Assembly: GCA_001949185.1 (NCBI GenBank)
Contig: BDGG01000006.1
Location: 2,338,827-2,402,826, forward strand
Length of the DNA stretch: 64,000 nucleotides
DNA from: Ramazzottius varieornatus
Lineage: Eukaryota; Animalia; Tardigrada
Reading direction: 5' to 3'
Under the pieces are notes generated by a model. It did no database searches. It saw nothing but the letters and a program-made list of their open reading frames with translations, and was not told where the DNA came from. A program made the translations under genes and the position numbers. Below, one piece after another: positions 1-13,300 of the stretch (position 1 is the stretch's first letter; each line of letters begins with the position of its first letter).

Positions 1-567
1 TGGTCATCAGCTGCGCTTCGGTGATACGACCGCAGACCAGGCAATGAAAAAAAGTTTGGTTCAAACCAGGCAAAATGAAAATTATAGGGAGCGAAAAAGT
101 GCCGTATTGTACTCACAGTGAGTACGGTGGTAATCAGGGTGTTAACTTACACAAGTTCACTCATCTCAAACCATTGACAGGGAAATCCAGCAGGAGAATC
201 ATCATGTAACATTGCTGCTCCTACTGTGTGCTTACCTCAATATCTTCCTGTTCAGCGAAGTTACAACACATTAACGAACCAACGTTTTAACGTTCATGAA
301 ATCAAAGCTAACAATCCGCTCATACAGTACCGGTTGCTACGATCAAGTACCGTTCAAAAACAAAATGAGCGTGAATGGCCAACAAATTAAAATTATTCGG
401 CCAGCCTCCTACTGGCCTCACGAAGCTACTGTTTCCTTCACCCCAGATAATTTTCCGGCCTGTCGAGGCTGAGGGTCTGGACTTTGGGACAGACGGGGCC
501 TCGTCAGCCTCATGGGTCAACGCGCCCCGGCCTAAATTAGATGCTCCCATACAAGCCTTTCATCTGA

Positions 568-1101
568 TTCACAAAGGGATTATGCCCGTCCTGACGTCCC
601 GATAGTCAGACCGTCCCGGCAAAACAATAGAAGGGAATCTCTTCTATGATCTGAGCTGGATAACTAAATCCCTCTATGATCCTGAATGCACTACACGACT
701 CTGAAATCAAAGTCCATTGACATCTCCAGTGTGCCGCGATGACGTAAAGTTCTTTGATTGCGAGTGGTGACTGAAAACATGCCAAACAGGTTGCTCAGCT
801 GAACACGACAACCGAACAGCGTGCCAAAAACTTGGCCGAAGATGCGCGATAGCACACCATTCAATTTTTCGATAAGATAGATCGGCTGAGTTGGAATCTG
901 TTCAATCAAGCTCCCAATCAAAGAGCCCACGTGACTGCAGTGGTTTAGGTCCGTCACTTCCGAGTGCTGAAATTTATTCCACGATCATCAGGGGATCATT
1001 AGGGGATTTAGCTTCCGAGCTCAGATCATAGAAGAGACTCTCTGCCTATCGTTTTGCCAGGACGGTTTGGCTATCGGGACGTCCCCTCGTGAACAGCTCT
1101 A
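568..1101. mobile_element. Degenerate MITE with ~100-bp inverted repeats (hAT-like end AACAGCTCTA)
   Basis: GACGTCCCGATAGTCAGACCGTCCCGGCAAAAC...CTTCTATGATCTGAGCT (~593-658) is the reverse complement of AGCTCAGATCATAGAAG...GTTTTGCCAGGACGGTTTGGCTATCGGGACGTC (~1018-1083). The right end AACAGCTCTA is identical to the end of the 4749-5547 element. Confidence 0.7.
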
Positions 1102-2004
1102 CAGGGTGATCAAAATTCACTCGACGGATTTTGAGACTCTATAACTAATTCCGCACCAGTCCCCCTGCCTTCCTATTTCATCCTCGGACATCTCGAACAT
1201 TTGCAATTGTTTCTTTAAATTTTTGCCAATATCGCGCGTCACCCAAAAAATGCTTTGCAGAAAGCTTCAACAAGGCGGAAAATCGAGGTGCCGTTTCAGA
1301 CTTGTATACCTGCACATGGTTGAGCGTAACTTGCTGCCGAACGAGAACCTTTAAAAGTTTTCCGTCAACGCTATGTTGTTTAAAACTTCGTAGGCCACTG
1401 CATAAAATTTGGCCTCGGTGGGATATTCCACACTGGCGAGTTTTGCGGCAATCAACTGGGTGACCGGCACTGTCTGCAGTGAAAAGTTTTCATTTATTTT
1501 CAACCTTTTTGCATTTTATGCGAACTAAAGAGGATGAAATATATTTTAGTTCCGACCACGAGTAAGTATCCATGGAATAGTAGTGATCGGACTAGTCTCA
1601 TTTGTCGTGCGTCTCAGCAATAAATATTTGGTTTAAATTATGGGTTTCTAACGGAAAAATGGCACTTATTAAAAATTTTTTCTAGTGCAAGCGCAGGAGG
1701 CCTTGCTCGCAAGATGTATACGCGATCAAAAGCTTAGGGCTGCTCCATTGATAGAGGGAGTGCACAGCAAAAACAATTGAGATGCAGCGCAACTGCCAGA
1801 ATTCGTATGTCGGCTGAGTGATGTTTTCCGGGTAGTCTGTGTTAAGTTTTTTTTGTTTTTGGGATACACCTGATCTGCGCAAAACTTCCAGGAAACGATT
1901 CCTAGAAGCCTACTGTACTTGAGTATTGAATTTGAGGGCAGGATAATCAGTGCAGAATTTGTAGTCAGTATTCAAAATCCGTCGAGTCAACTGGAATCAC
2001 CCTG
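1102..2004. mobile_element. Non-autonomous Tc1/mariner-like element
   Basis: Imperfect ~33-bp TIRs: CAGGGTGATCAAAATTCACTCGACGGATTTTGA and TCAAAATCCGTCGAGTCAACTGGAATCACCCTG. TA on the left flank. No long ORF. Confidence 0.7.
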
Positions 2005-3337
2005 TGGTCATTCTACTGCTGTTATCGAAAGCTCCGAAGTCTTGCTGCATAGTTAGCCTTCATTTTACTTTCTGAAGCCGTCGGGTATCTTACCAACTTG
2101 TCCTTCATCTGGGCTGTATACGGTGACCGAGATTCCACCGTTGGACCCCGAACGCTATAAGCGGGAACCTTACGAGTTACGACAGCCCGCCTCCTTGTCG
2201 TCGCCGTAGTTTTCCTGCTATGACTATTGCATCCTTCAAAGTGGCCAGAGGACGATCTCTACCACAGTCAGGCACCTACACAATATGAGCCCAGCCTTTA
2301 GTTCCCCTCTGCGTGTGCTAAAACCGATGATTTTTATGTTGTCTACTTGATGTAAACGAATGCTCAACGGCTCACCTAGGGACTGTAGAAAACTTCCTAC
2401 GTGAAGAAGCACACACATTCTATCATCATCTCCAGCGAGTAATCCTGCACGGGATTCCGGGAAACAAGCATAGGTCTGTAAAACGAAATCTGATAGGAGT
2501 TGATTGTCAAATGACTGTCAATCATCTCCGAAACCCCTTTTTGCGTCACTGCTTCTTCATACAATCAAATGCGACAGAACATTTGGTATGAGCAAACATC
2601 TTGAACGAATAAAATGAGGAAGGAATGCACAGACAGGGAAGCTGTGAAACTCGCGGAGTGACAGAACAGAACGTTCAAACTAAACAGCCGATTTCACGTG
2701 TTTCCCGTGATTCCCGAATGGTAGTCTGGACTGTGGCCAGTCCCCAATGGGTTAAGCAGTAAACTAATTATGGCCTGACGGATGCGGGCAGCTCCGCCAT
2801 TGTGCCGCCGAAAGATGGCGCCGCCATTTGAAATCGTTGCATTGGATTGCGCTTTAAATATCCTATTAAATTCTCCATTGTTCTGGACCGGTTCGAAATA
2901 TGACACTACGGGGTTCTAGTCACTAATAGTTCCTCGCCTTTTTTCATGGGCACCAGTTCAAGTAAGCTTTGTTTTAATCATGGTGATATTTCACCTGATG
3001 TTCCGATGCGCCATAGCGATGGATCCGGAAAATTTCAACAAAACGCTGTTCCAAAACTACAAAATGAAGAGAGGAACACCGAAGTTTCTCTCCTACAAAG
3101 CAGAAGGAAAGTCCAAGTACTGCAAGAATGACCACCAAAGTGGTAAAGCAGAAAGGAAGCAGCCAGAAAACTGTTGCTAAAAAGTACTGCGAGCCTAGAG
3201 AAAAGAAAAAGTTGCCCACCGAAAAGACCTCAACCAAGATAAAGCTTCCCGTATAAAGAAAGGCCCGCATTTAAAGAATGAAAGCCAAAAAGAATGGAAA
3301 AATGAACAAAAGTAGTGGAACGAAGGCATTTCCGAAG

Positions 3338-5902
3338 TTACATCAATAGTTCAATCTCTGCCACCAACGGAAGATGGTCTGAAGGGATTTGTGGACAAGG
3401 AAATCCCGTCGGTTGGTACTCATCGAGCCAAGCCTGTTCAACAGGGCCCAAAACGCTGACCGTGTGGAACTTGTCTTTGCTGGCGAAGATGTAGTCGATG
3501 ACGCCTTTGAAATCGGCCCTGTGAAAGTCAAGAGTGATCGTCTGATCAATGCGGAAGCTCTGGGTCAAGTGGCGCTGCTACGCATTCAACCGACTACTTA
3601 CGTAAAGTTTGTAAACGCCATATCCGTCTCTTCATAGACGGAGCCCAAGGCAAACGGATGAAAGAAATGTCCTTCAGGTGTCATCCGACCTTGTGAGCTC
3701 AATTTGGCCAAGCAGGCACGGTATGGCAAGTCGCGAAAGTCACCATGACTAACTGACACTCGACCATCCCGCAGAAATTCCACCACACCTGTAACAAACA
3801 CCATAGTAAGTACGTTCTTTTCTTGTCACTTTGATGCACCACAATCGCACAAAATCGGAAGAAAAGAGCTTACCTGAATTAGGAAGGGAGTTTAAGTCTC
3901 CGCAGAAAATCATAGGAACATCTTTGACATTCAGATCGGACTTCGTCTTCGTAACCAGTCGCTCGACTTCGTTCATCAAAAGCATGGTCTGGATAAGCTT
4001 GACATCTGAGCATTCAGGGTCCCAGTGGACGTGTGCGTTAACGACAAGGATGTACGTGGGTTCCATGGCTTCCACGACGCGGAGAATGGCGCACAAAGCG
4101 ATGTTGTCCTTCGTCATTACCCTGTTCAACATATCGGTCGAACCATCGGCGGATCTGATGGCCAGCTGGCTAAACTCCACCAGTTCCTAGAATTCAAACA
4201 CGTTAACATTTCACTGATCGTTCTTGGAAGATCGGTGAAAGTAACTGTCTACCTGATGAACCAACTCGAAACGGTCGTGTCGGTAGATGATTGAACATCC
4301 ATCGACAACCTGGCGGTTCTTCGCTTCCATCGTCTTTGCTCTGGACTTCGGAGTGAATATTCCGCTGTAGCCGAGTACTTGGAGGTTCTCCAGGAAGTAC
4401 CCGTAGAATTCGCCCATGACAATTTCCTGTAAACAAACAAAGTTAATAGACTGGTGAAACGTTCCATGAAACAGAACAAGTGGCTCGTCGACGTCAATGC
4501 GGTGCGGCTGATGTCAACAGGCGGTTGTATTGCTGTGGGTGACGTCATGCGTCACTCAACCGCGTTCGGAAATAGTTACCTGTAGACAGACGATATCTGG
4601 TGAATGTCCTTCGATTTCCTCTCTGATTTTTTCTTTGCGATACGACCATGCCAGTGCGTACGGTGGACACTGGGGATAAAGTTTCTTGGAGGCGTACTGA
4701 TCCGCGAGGATGTTGTAGCTCATGACGCGTAACGTTACACCTGCAAAGTAGAGCTGTTAATGGTTTGAACCATATGGTTTGGTTTGGTTTGGTTTGGTTT
4801 GAGTGGTGGTTTGCATGCCAAACTGGTTAAATGAAAATGGTTTCTCCCGCAAACCACCAAAAGTGGTCTGGTCTAAACTCCAAACCAGACCATTTAAACC
4901 AAACCACATAAACCACCGGTTTGAACCGGTTTACGAACAGCTTTTTGATCACCAGTACATAGTAAACTCTGACACAGTTTTCTTCAATTGACTAATCAAC
5001 GAAAATAACCACCGAGGACATAAGAAGTTGAGCAACCGTTGCTGGTTTCTCTACAAACGCAAATAGACAAAACTGGCGCGTGCTGAAATTAAAGAAGCAC
5101 CATGGCAAGCCTTCCGGAAGTGCAATCATTTTTCCACCAGCAGTGTTGTCCAACACTGCCGGAACTGCGATTTTTACCTGACGGGAGGCGTAGTTCTGAT
5201 GTCGCGCAGCTTATGACACAGTGCTCACCCAGTCAAAGCTGTGCATCACGTGGCACTTAGAACGATGTGGCTGCGCAAAAAGATTGGCACTGTCAGACGG
5301 CGAATTTCGGCCAGACTTCTAGCACAGAATCTGCTGATTTCGTATGAAATTTCCCTTTACCGCAAACCATATTAAACCACGTAAACCGGTGGTCCATATG
5401 GTTTGGCATGAGATCGAAACCGGTTTGAGTGGTTTGGTTCGAGATGCCATATGGTTTGAGGTGGTTCGGTTTGGATGTCAAACCACGAACCACATGAACC
5501 ATATAAACCACTTTCTAAGTGGTCTGGTCTGGTTTTCAACAGCTCTACTGCAAAGAGTGCATAGCATGTGCGTCAGAAAGCGTGGAGAATGGCCATAATT
5601 ATGCCGTTGTCATATTTGTCCTTCTTCACACTTCATGGTCATTTCAACATTGGACGCCACTTTCGCTGCCTTGATGAGGCCTCGGAAAAATGAGCTCGAT
5701 GGCCCACAAATCTATTCCGTCGTGTCATTCGTGTCAGGTGCCGCATACCAACGACAGCGAACAACCCAATCAATTTGCGAGTGTGACGTCAATCAAGCGA
5801 AAGAGTAGCGCTCGAGCTCGACCAACTTACCCAGTTGAACTTCAGGAACATATTGACTCGTCTTCTGTATCCATTCGCGCTTCGGTGGAGAGTAAACAGT
5901 TT
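3338..5902 (-). CDS. CCR4/CNOT6-like EEP-family deadenylase (5' end unresolved; no intact LRR found)
   Basis: GT-AG exons 5902-5831, 4740-4580, 4426-4253, 4186-3874, 3788-3602 and 3518-3338 join in frame. Motifs: SPPKREWI, VMSYNIL, DIVCLQE, NRVMTKDNIA, NAHVHWDP, GDLNSLP, FTNFTADFKGVIDYIF, PSDHLPL. Confidence 0.93.
4749..5547. mobile_element. hAT-type MITE in CCR4-like intron, 8-bp TSD CTGCAAAG
   Basis: TIRs TAGAGCTGTT...AACAGCTCTA. Identical 8-bp flanks at 4741-4748 and 5548-5555. Subterminal TGGTT/AACCA repeats. Confidence 0.92.
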
Positions 5903-8341
5903 CTGCAATCAGACAAGCCGTCAAGATCAGCATTCTTGACATCGAAATATAACTTCGAGCTAGGTAATTTCTTCAGAACAAGTATCAGCGCGCTGATTTC
6001 TGTGCGGTCAGTATGGAGGTTTCACTGGAGCACGTTGTTGATTGATTGGTATAGTTTCCTAATGTGTGTTATATAAACAGTGTAATTCAACGCGGAAGTC
6101 CTTTACGCAACCTTAAATCTGTTCTAAATTCCTCTTGCGGAAATCGTCGCACCCTCCAAACCTCTTGTGTCTTAACATTGTCTGATTCATAGACTAGATG
6201 CCAAGAGTAGTTTCAGACGACTTTCGTAAGAGCCATGACGCCATTCATCTCTTTGTCCTGCGAAACCCACAGTACACAGTAAAGCATGTGTCGGCAAAGT
6301 TCAGCCATTAGGCTCGTCTTATCGCACAAAGTACATTCTTGACGTGACATCACAACACAAACGCAAATAACACTGCCGATAAAGTATCACTTTCCCAGAC
6401 ATCAAAGGAAGTTGGCAAGAACGAAGAAGATACCGGGTTAACTAAGCAGAACTTGATCCGCCCTCGATCGGTTCATCGATTCAATCAGCCAATCAACCAC
6501 TTTTCGATATAGTGTTATGTTGAAGTAAATCCAGTTCTGATTCTTCTGATTCTTCTGAATCTCTTCGATTACTTTTACGTGTGGTATAGATCGATACTCA
6601 CGCCTCAGGTGTACCTGGGAAACGATGAGCAGAGCCAATTAAATGTCAATGTCATGTTCTTGGCATTCAATTCTCGCATAAATTACCCACATTTCATCGC
6701 GTGGTTCACTTCACCTTTCTGACGCAAAGTTTGCCTTCTGACGAGTTCGCATGACTTTCTCCTAACCTCAGCCAAGATTAAGCAGGCGACCTGTCACCGT
6801 CATCAGTCATCGCGAAGTGAGGATACTTTATGAAGGTCGCTGGCGCGGTGCGGAGGTTCACTGTTTAAGCTCAGAGGGAGTTGAAGGACCCGGAAGTCAG
6901 TTCATTGCTGGCTTTCACCTTCAAAGACAAAGTCAACCAGGGGAAACGCTCGTTGTAGCAGCTGCCTTTCCTGTCTTGCAGGATATTTACGGCTGTTTTA
7001 TATTTCAACACGAACGCGGCCTCTGTTCAGAGTGCGACAACGTTGGCCGGCTACTGTCAAAATGGGTCAGAAACTAGAATACCACGGTGGCCATTAACGG
7101 ATAAGACAACCGCCAACGCCAAGTCCGCCTGATCGTGTGATCCATCTCACAAATCGTTCAGCTGTGCCTACGGTATACTTTAGAAACAACTTTCCGTTGC
7201 CATAAGCGTCTAACCGTAAATAAACAAGAGCATGCTGGTGGTAGGCCCGACCAGTTCATTCAACCTTCTTCTCTTGGCCAACCGACGATAAACCTCAATC
7301 ATTTCTCACAAGTCACACAGCAATTAAGAACACTTTCCGCCACCAAACCGTTCGCCGCCCGTCAAAGATGCCAATCTGGTTCCAGCTCGTCGCGTGACTT
7401 TCTTGTTGCCAACTGTTACTTTCTCCTGCGTACCATAGACGTACATTCTTTACTCTACCGAGTGAAAACCACACGAAGTGGAACTTGACACTTCGCTCTT
7501 GAGACGGTTCCAAACGTCGTTCCCAAGAAAACCTTTTTGGGGAAAAGCCCAACGCTCTGATTTTCACCGTAGGCCCCAATGGTTAAATGAAAGTCGTGCC
7601 GGTACCCCCGGAATACTGCTTCAACTAGGGGTTGCACCGACTGGTCAGTCTAACTGAAGGCGGAAGTGGCGCTGTTAGTTGATTAAGTGGCTTGATTGGC
7701 TGGTTCATCTGCTTGCCGTTGGCTGTGTTTGCCATGGTTATTCACACCAGCTGCCACTCTGCCATAACAATGGCGTTACCTTCGGATCTGAGTGGATGCA
7801 GTTGAGAAGCGTTGGATGTTCTTCTGTTGAGTTCAGTTGGTGTGGATATCGTGTCTCGTCGACGTGGCCAAGCCAACGCACCGAGCAAAAAGACATGCTC
7901 GAACTGAAGCGAGAAGCGTCGGCATGATTTGATTTCACGACGACCAGGACGACGAAGAAGAAAGAATTCGATGCGATGGCAGTTGCTCGCATAACCAATC
8001 GTATTTGTAACAGGTCTCAACATACAAACGCCGGCTGTTACTTGCTTGATAACAAATGGTCCGCAGGAATTAAAGAAAATATTTGCTGAATCAAGACGGA
8101 AGTTCCGCGGCGCACTCGTAATCGACATGCAGGTAACGACCCGAAAACGGAACACAATGTTGAGCGAGATGAGTCCACCAGGAAACCTTTAATTGGCGCA
8201 TGACACTTCGAACGACACCGATTCTCTAAAATTTCAACAATCGAGCTCGAGCATATGATAACACCTGATACCACTCGTCATTCCATATCTTGGCCGGAAG
8301 TTAGCCCAGAAATCCAAATACACCGACAAGCTCTACTCTGA

Positions 8342-9195
8342 CCTTCACAATCGACACAATGATTTTCCCGAAGAACCAAGAAATCGTTCCTTTGTTCAAG
8401 CCTGACCACGGGACCTGGCCGAAGCACTGAATCGCAGTTACATGTAGAAGGAGATTACTAGCAAAGGAGACCACCTTTGTTCTCAGTTGGAACTGATTAA
8501 TATCCTGACCGGTAACCATAAGCCGATATGCCATCCAGGCTATTCACGAGGGCGAGGTTTCGGTTGATTGAGTGGGCGGCAAGGGATACAAGAAAGGGCC
8601 AGGTTGGGGTTGATTAATTGAAACACAAGGTAATGTTTCACTTACCACAAGGCTGCGCAATGCTAGAGTCGCTCCACGATTGCGGTGTACCGGCAAAGTG
8701 GACAGGCGACGGGGCGCCACTGCTGCCCGGCGATTCGGACGAGGAACAACTGGAGAAAGAGTCGCGATGGGGCAGCCCCATGTACAGAGGAACTGTCTGA
8801 GAAGATGCCGGGTAGAATTCGGGAAACGGTAGGAGTTGGACGGGATAGGCCGCGTAAGCCAGCGGAAAGTATTGTGGTGCCCGGTTGACATTGCGCGGGA
8901 CAATCAACAAGGGCTGACCGATGTAATCCGCCGAACGGTAGTTGGGATAATTATTCCAGGGAACTTGTTGAACTTTCGCAGAGGATTTGGTGCTGTGATA
9001 GTAGGACTGCTTCTTTCGCTTCTTCGGGGATGGCGTGTGAGAATAAGAGATGAGCGGAACTCCATTGTAGCGTTGTTGGGAAAAAGGCATGGAGGAAGTG
9101 TTAACTGGCATAGACTTTTCCGGATGATGGTGATTTCGTGAAGGAGATTCGGGAGGTGCTGTAGCCATGGCATAGGTCTTCCCGTTGAATGCCAT
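8342..9195 (-). CDS. Probable 5' exons of a gene with a Pro/Ser/Tyr-rich disordered N-terminus; identity unknown
   Basis: The 185-aa ORF from ATG 9195 ends at a strong G|GTAAGT donor (~8645) and contains a basic NLS-like PKKRKK. In-frame downstream exons give AWMAYRLMVTGQDINQFQLRTK and VPWSGLNKG. The 3' end could not be resolved. Confidence 0.45.
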
Positions 9196-10328
9196 GATCT
9201 TTCATGAGAACAAAATGAAATCCAAATTTTAGAATGGCAACAAAGCGGAAAAAGGCTTTTCAGAGCAAATTTCACACGAAGTGAATTTCAACTGTCGAAT
9301 CATTCGATCAGCTGCCGTGTCGTGACTCAAGAGACGCCAACTCGAAGAGGAGATCCAGACAAGGAAGACTCGGACGCGGTTTGAGAGAGAAAACGAAACG
9401 GAACGTTCATTGTGCTGCAGAGCAACTGAGAAAAGTGTCTCATGATGATGGCCACGTTCATATAAATAATTTTAAGCGTTACAGCAAGCCGGAAAGAGGT
9501 TATGACCGAGAAATGAGCCGCTGAATATCGACCGGCAACAGCATAAACGCAGCTGTACGAATAGAAATAAGGCACCAACACGACCGCCCTCTTCGTGACT
9601 CAACGCCACAACACGCGCCTCCTTTTCCGCGGACTGGAGTACCTTCAATGGAAAAACCGCCATTGACTCATACATATACCGCCTGATTCAAGCAAATCAA
9701 TACCGGAGACCACCATTCAAAAACGTGTTGGAATGAACACGTCACAAGGAGACTGAGCCTTGACGGCACATCCCGCGATGCTGGCTTGTGATGTCACAGC
9801 GGAAAATATGACGTAGATACGCGCGGTACGGCGGAATAAGCGCAATAATCAACAAGCATATCTGCTCGCTTCGCGCACGAAGCGTATAAACTACTCCGCA
9901 TAGATGCGCGAGTCGAGCGGAACCAGCAGACTCACCCGCCCAGTGAACGCTGGGAATAGCCCAGTATGATGCGCAAGTCGAACAAAAGTGGAGAAAAAAC
10001 CAGCGTTTCATGTGTGTTTGGGAATGTGGTAAGGAACCGAAGTTTATTTGACATCAGTCTATCGTGATAGCAAAGATTTGAAAGAAGTAACTACGACATG
10101 ACAGGACAAGCCAGCCGGACCGAACCGTCTTTTCCACAAAGAACTGAAGCTACTGCTACTGTCAGCAAATGTCCACAGGTGTCAGAAACAGCACAGTACA
10201 GTACGCAACATGTAAATTTTGAAAAAGAGGAACATGGAAAAATAAAACAAAAATCTAATCTTCGGCAAGGAACATTATATCGTGAAAAACTTGGACGGAT
10301 AAGAGGTAATAAAAGAAACTAACGTCCT

Positions 10329-13300
10329 TCACAAGGTGAGCATTCGAGGAGCGATATTCATTGACATTAGTTCTTGAAAGAGCAGCTTGCAGGCGTACGG
10401 AATTAGCACCTGTTGAATCTAAAACGAGCAAACGAGTTCAGCTACCCTTCAGCCAAAGTCGCGCACCGCCACACTCTTATATTACACTGAAGTGCACCGT
10501 TTAAACAAGACACCAACGCAATAGTATCTGGTGGCGCCCAGCAATCCTAACTTGAGGAGTATTGTGCGGTAGTTTATCGGGGTAATATCGACAAAATTTG
10601 TTATTCCTCATGCGAAAAAATTACCGTCGCCTTCTTTCCACAGCGCCGACATCCATAGTAGCGCCTCTGGAGGTTGACCACGGCAATCAGGCCACAAATC
10701 GAGCAGACATGAACTCGATAAGCATCGGAGACCTCAAAAAGCCTCTCCTTGAGGTTCAAGGCGACACCATGGCTAATCAGGCAATCGCGCTCCATTTCCC
10801 CGATACGAAGTCCACCGTCTCTGTGAGCCCAAACAAACACATCCTCAACCTCTCTCTCTCACAACAATCACAGGCTAAATTCACCGCACTGTCATACCGT
10901 CTGCGTCCTTCGGTCGGCTGGCGTGTCAAGACGGTCACCATCCCGCGGTTCCTCGAGCAGATCTTGTCTTCGACGAGATGTTTGAGCCTTTGGTAGTATG
11001 TCGGTCCGATGAAGACCTGGGCGTTCAACTTGCGACCCGTAAAGCCATTGAACATGACTTCGTTGCCGTGCTGCTCGTACCCGAGTGCCGACAGCTCGTG
11101 GGCGACCAGCTTGGTGTTGACTTCAGTGACGCCACGGCTAAAAGGAGTGCCCAGATGGGAACAGCTGACCGAGGTCGAATTTCCAAATCCGCCAGAGCGA
11201 CTGAACGCTGCTGCCATCTGCAATGCCATAGATGGATCAACTCGAAAACCCCGCTGGAAAAACCTCTGGCAGAAAGCACCACAAAGTTCGGCAGTAATTA
11301 CTTTCGAAGTGTGACATTCTACTAGATGGCCGATGGTCATACGAGAAGGAATGGCGTGAGGGTTGATGATGACGTCGGGTGTGATGCCTTCCGCTGTGAA
11401 CGGCATATCCTAAAATAATGATACAGGCCTGTCACTCGATTACTCAAGAAAACTATTCAAAATTTTTATTCGAGATGGGTACATTAATTGATGCTTATTA
11501 ACGGGAGATGGGTAAAGGGAGATTAGAAGAATGAAACGTTTTCTCAAGTGGCGCAGGTGTTCATTGTCACTGGCTAACAGCGTGCGCCACTAAGTTAACG
11601 ATACTGCATGTTTAACGTTTCGTTTGTCGGTCTTGCAGACACTGTCTGAAATGCTAAGTTTGAAACAATTACCTCCTGGGGGAAGGTGATGCCAATGGTG
11701 CCTTTCTGACCGTGCCGACTGGCAAACTTGTCGCCCGTGACAGGTCTTCGAACCGACCGTACCCTCACTTTGCAGAAGTTGTGGCCGTCGGCAGTTACAC
11801 TGCGCAAGACTTGATCCACGATCCCCGTTTCCGAAGAGCGAAGAAAGATGCTGGCGTCCTTCTTCTGCAAGTCCATCTCATCGTCACCGATCTACCGCGA
11901 GTCACAAAATCATCAAAAGCCCAACAACGACGTGACCTTAGGAGAGTCTAACATACATCGGCAGCCTTGGATCTCCGGTAAGTCACCGTCTTGCCAATGA
12001 TGGCATCGTCACCGGACATTCGCGTCCCCACTTGAACGATCCCATCAGCTTCCAGCTTCCCGTAGTGAGCTATCCTTATTCCTTCGCAGTCGTCTTCGTC
12101 TGGCACTTCGATCACTTCGCGCTGGTCCCGCCTTGTCTCGGTCTCCTCTGCATGATAAGACCTACAGAGCCAACCTGCTCACTTCCATTATGATTGGAAT
12201 TTAGAAAAGACAGATCGCAGTTCGGACGTCGTCAAATGGATTCAGCCAGATCGTCTTCCCAAGTGGCGCACGCCGTCGGCTATGAAGAACGAATGCATAT
12301 GAATTGTCATGACGATCTGGGCGAAACCGTTTGCTGACGCTCTCGTTCAGATTCAACGGAAGTCTAACCGGTTAAAAGTATGTCGGAAAAGGCCTCTGTC
12401 GATGGCCGACTTGTTCATAATGATGCTGTCTTCCTGATTGTACCCGGTGTAACTCAGCACAGCCACGATGCAGTTGATCCCGGCTGGAGACTCAACCGTC
12501 TTCAGGAATTCTGTCGCGCGACTGTCGACGAGAGGCTTCTGGGGGTAAAACAGGATCGACCCTGTGAAACACAAGATCGTTTCAGTTTTTTCCCGGAATA
12601 TTTCACTAGAAGAACTAAATGGGATCTCTACAAACATGATCCTTGACTCAAGTGGCCCACGTCTTGGCTATTTCTAGCCGGAAGCGCGCGCCACTTTGAA
12701 AGTCGATTTGGTTGAATTTTTCTGCTGAGGTCCAAATCTCGTTCTGACTTACCGGCAATGTCGTGGCGATAGTTGAAGTTACTGGTGTATAGTCCGATGG
12801 CTTGCTTGCCCATGGAGGCTTGGTAGGTGTTTCTTGGGGACTGGTTGTGGTCAGGGAAGGGAATCAGCGATGCAGCCACACCGAGGATCATGGAGGGATG
12901 AATCTCACAGTGGGTCACACGCTGTTGGTTGCCCCGTAGCTCACCGGGGAAGAAGGCACACAGGATGTTCTCTTCTTCAGCCACATCGATGTACTCGACC
13001 AGACCTTTGTTCAGAAAAAATTTCCACCTGGAGAAACCATACGATGTCAACATTGACTCATTCAGGACGTAAACAAATCGTTATTTCAAGTGGCGCATGC
13101 CCGTATTGCGATTGGCTTGGAGCGTGCGCCACGTGAAGAAACGATCTCGGGGAGTTCGTTTGCCGATTCTCATTCGTCAGTAGTCAATTCTGACTTCCTT
13201 ACCCGACTACACGAGCGTCTTCTTCAAGAAATGGTAGATGGTTTCTCCTGAAGGCTAAGCGAGACGTGTAACCATGCCCAGACCTGGCAGTGTAGTTCTT

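Noticed and set aside
11218-11301. 28-aa in-frame insertion in RPB2 shown by the ORF track
   Set aside because: Bounded by GTAATT...TTGCAG, so it is a stop-free 84-bp intron. The same applies to 16845-16925.
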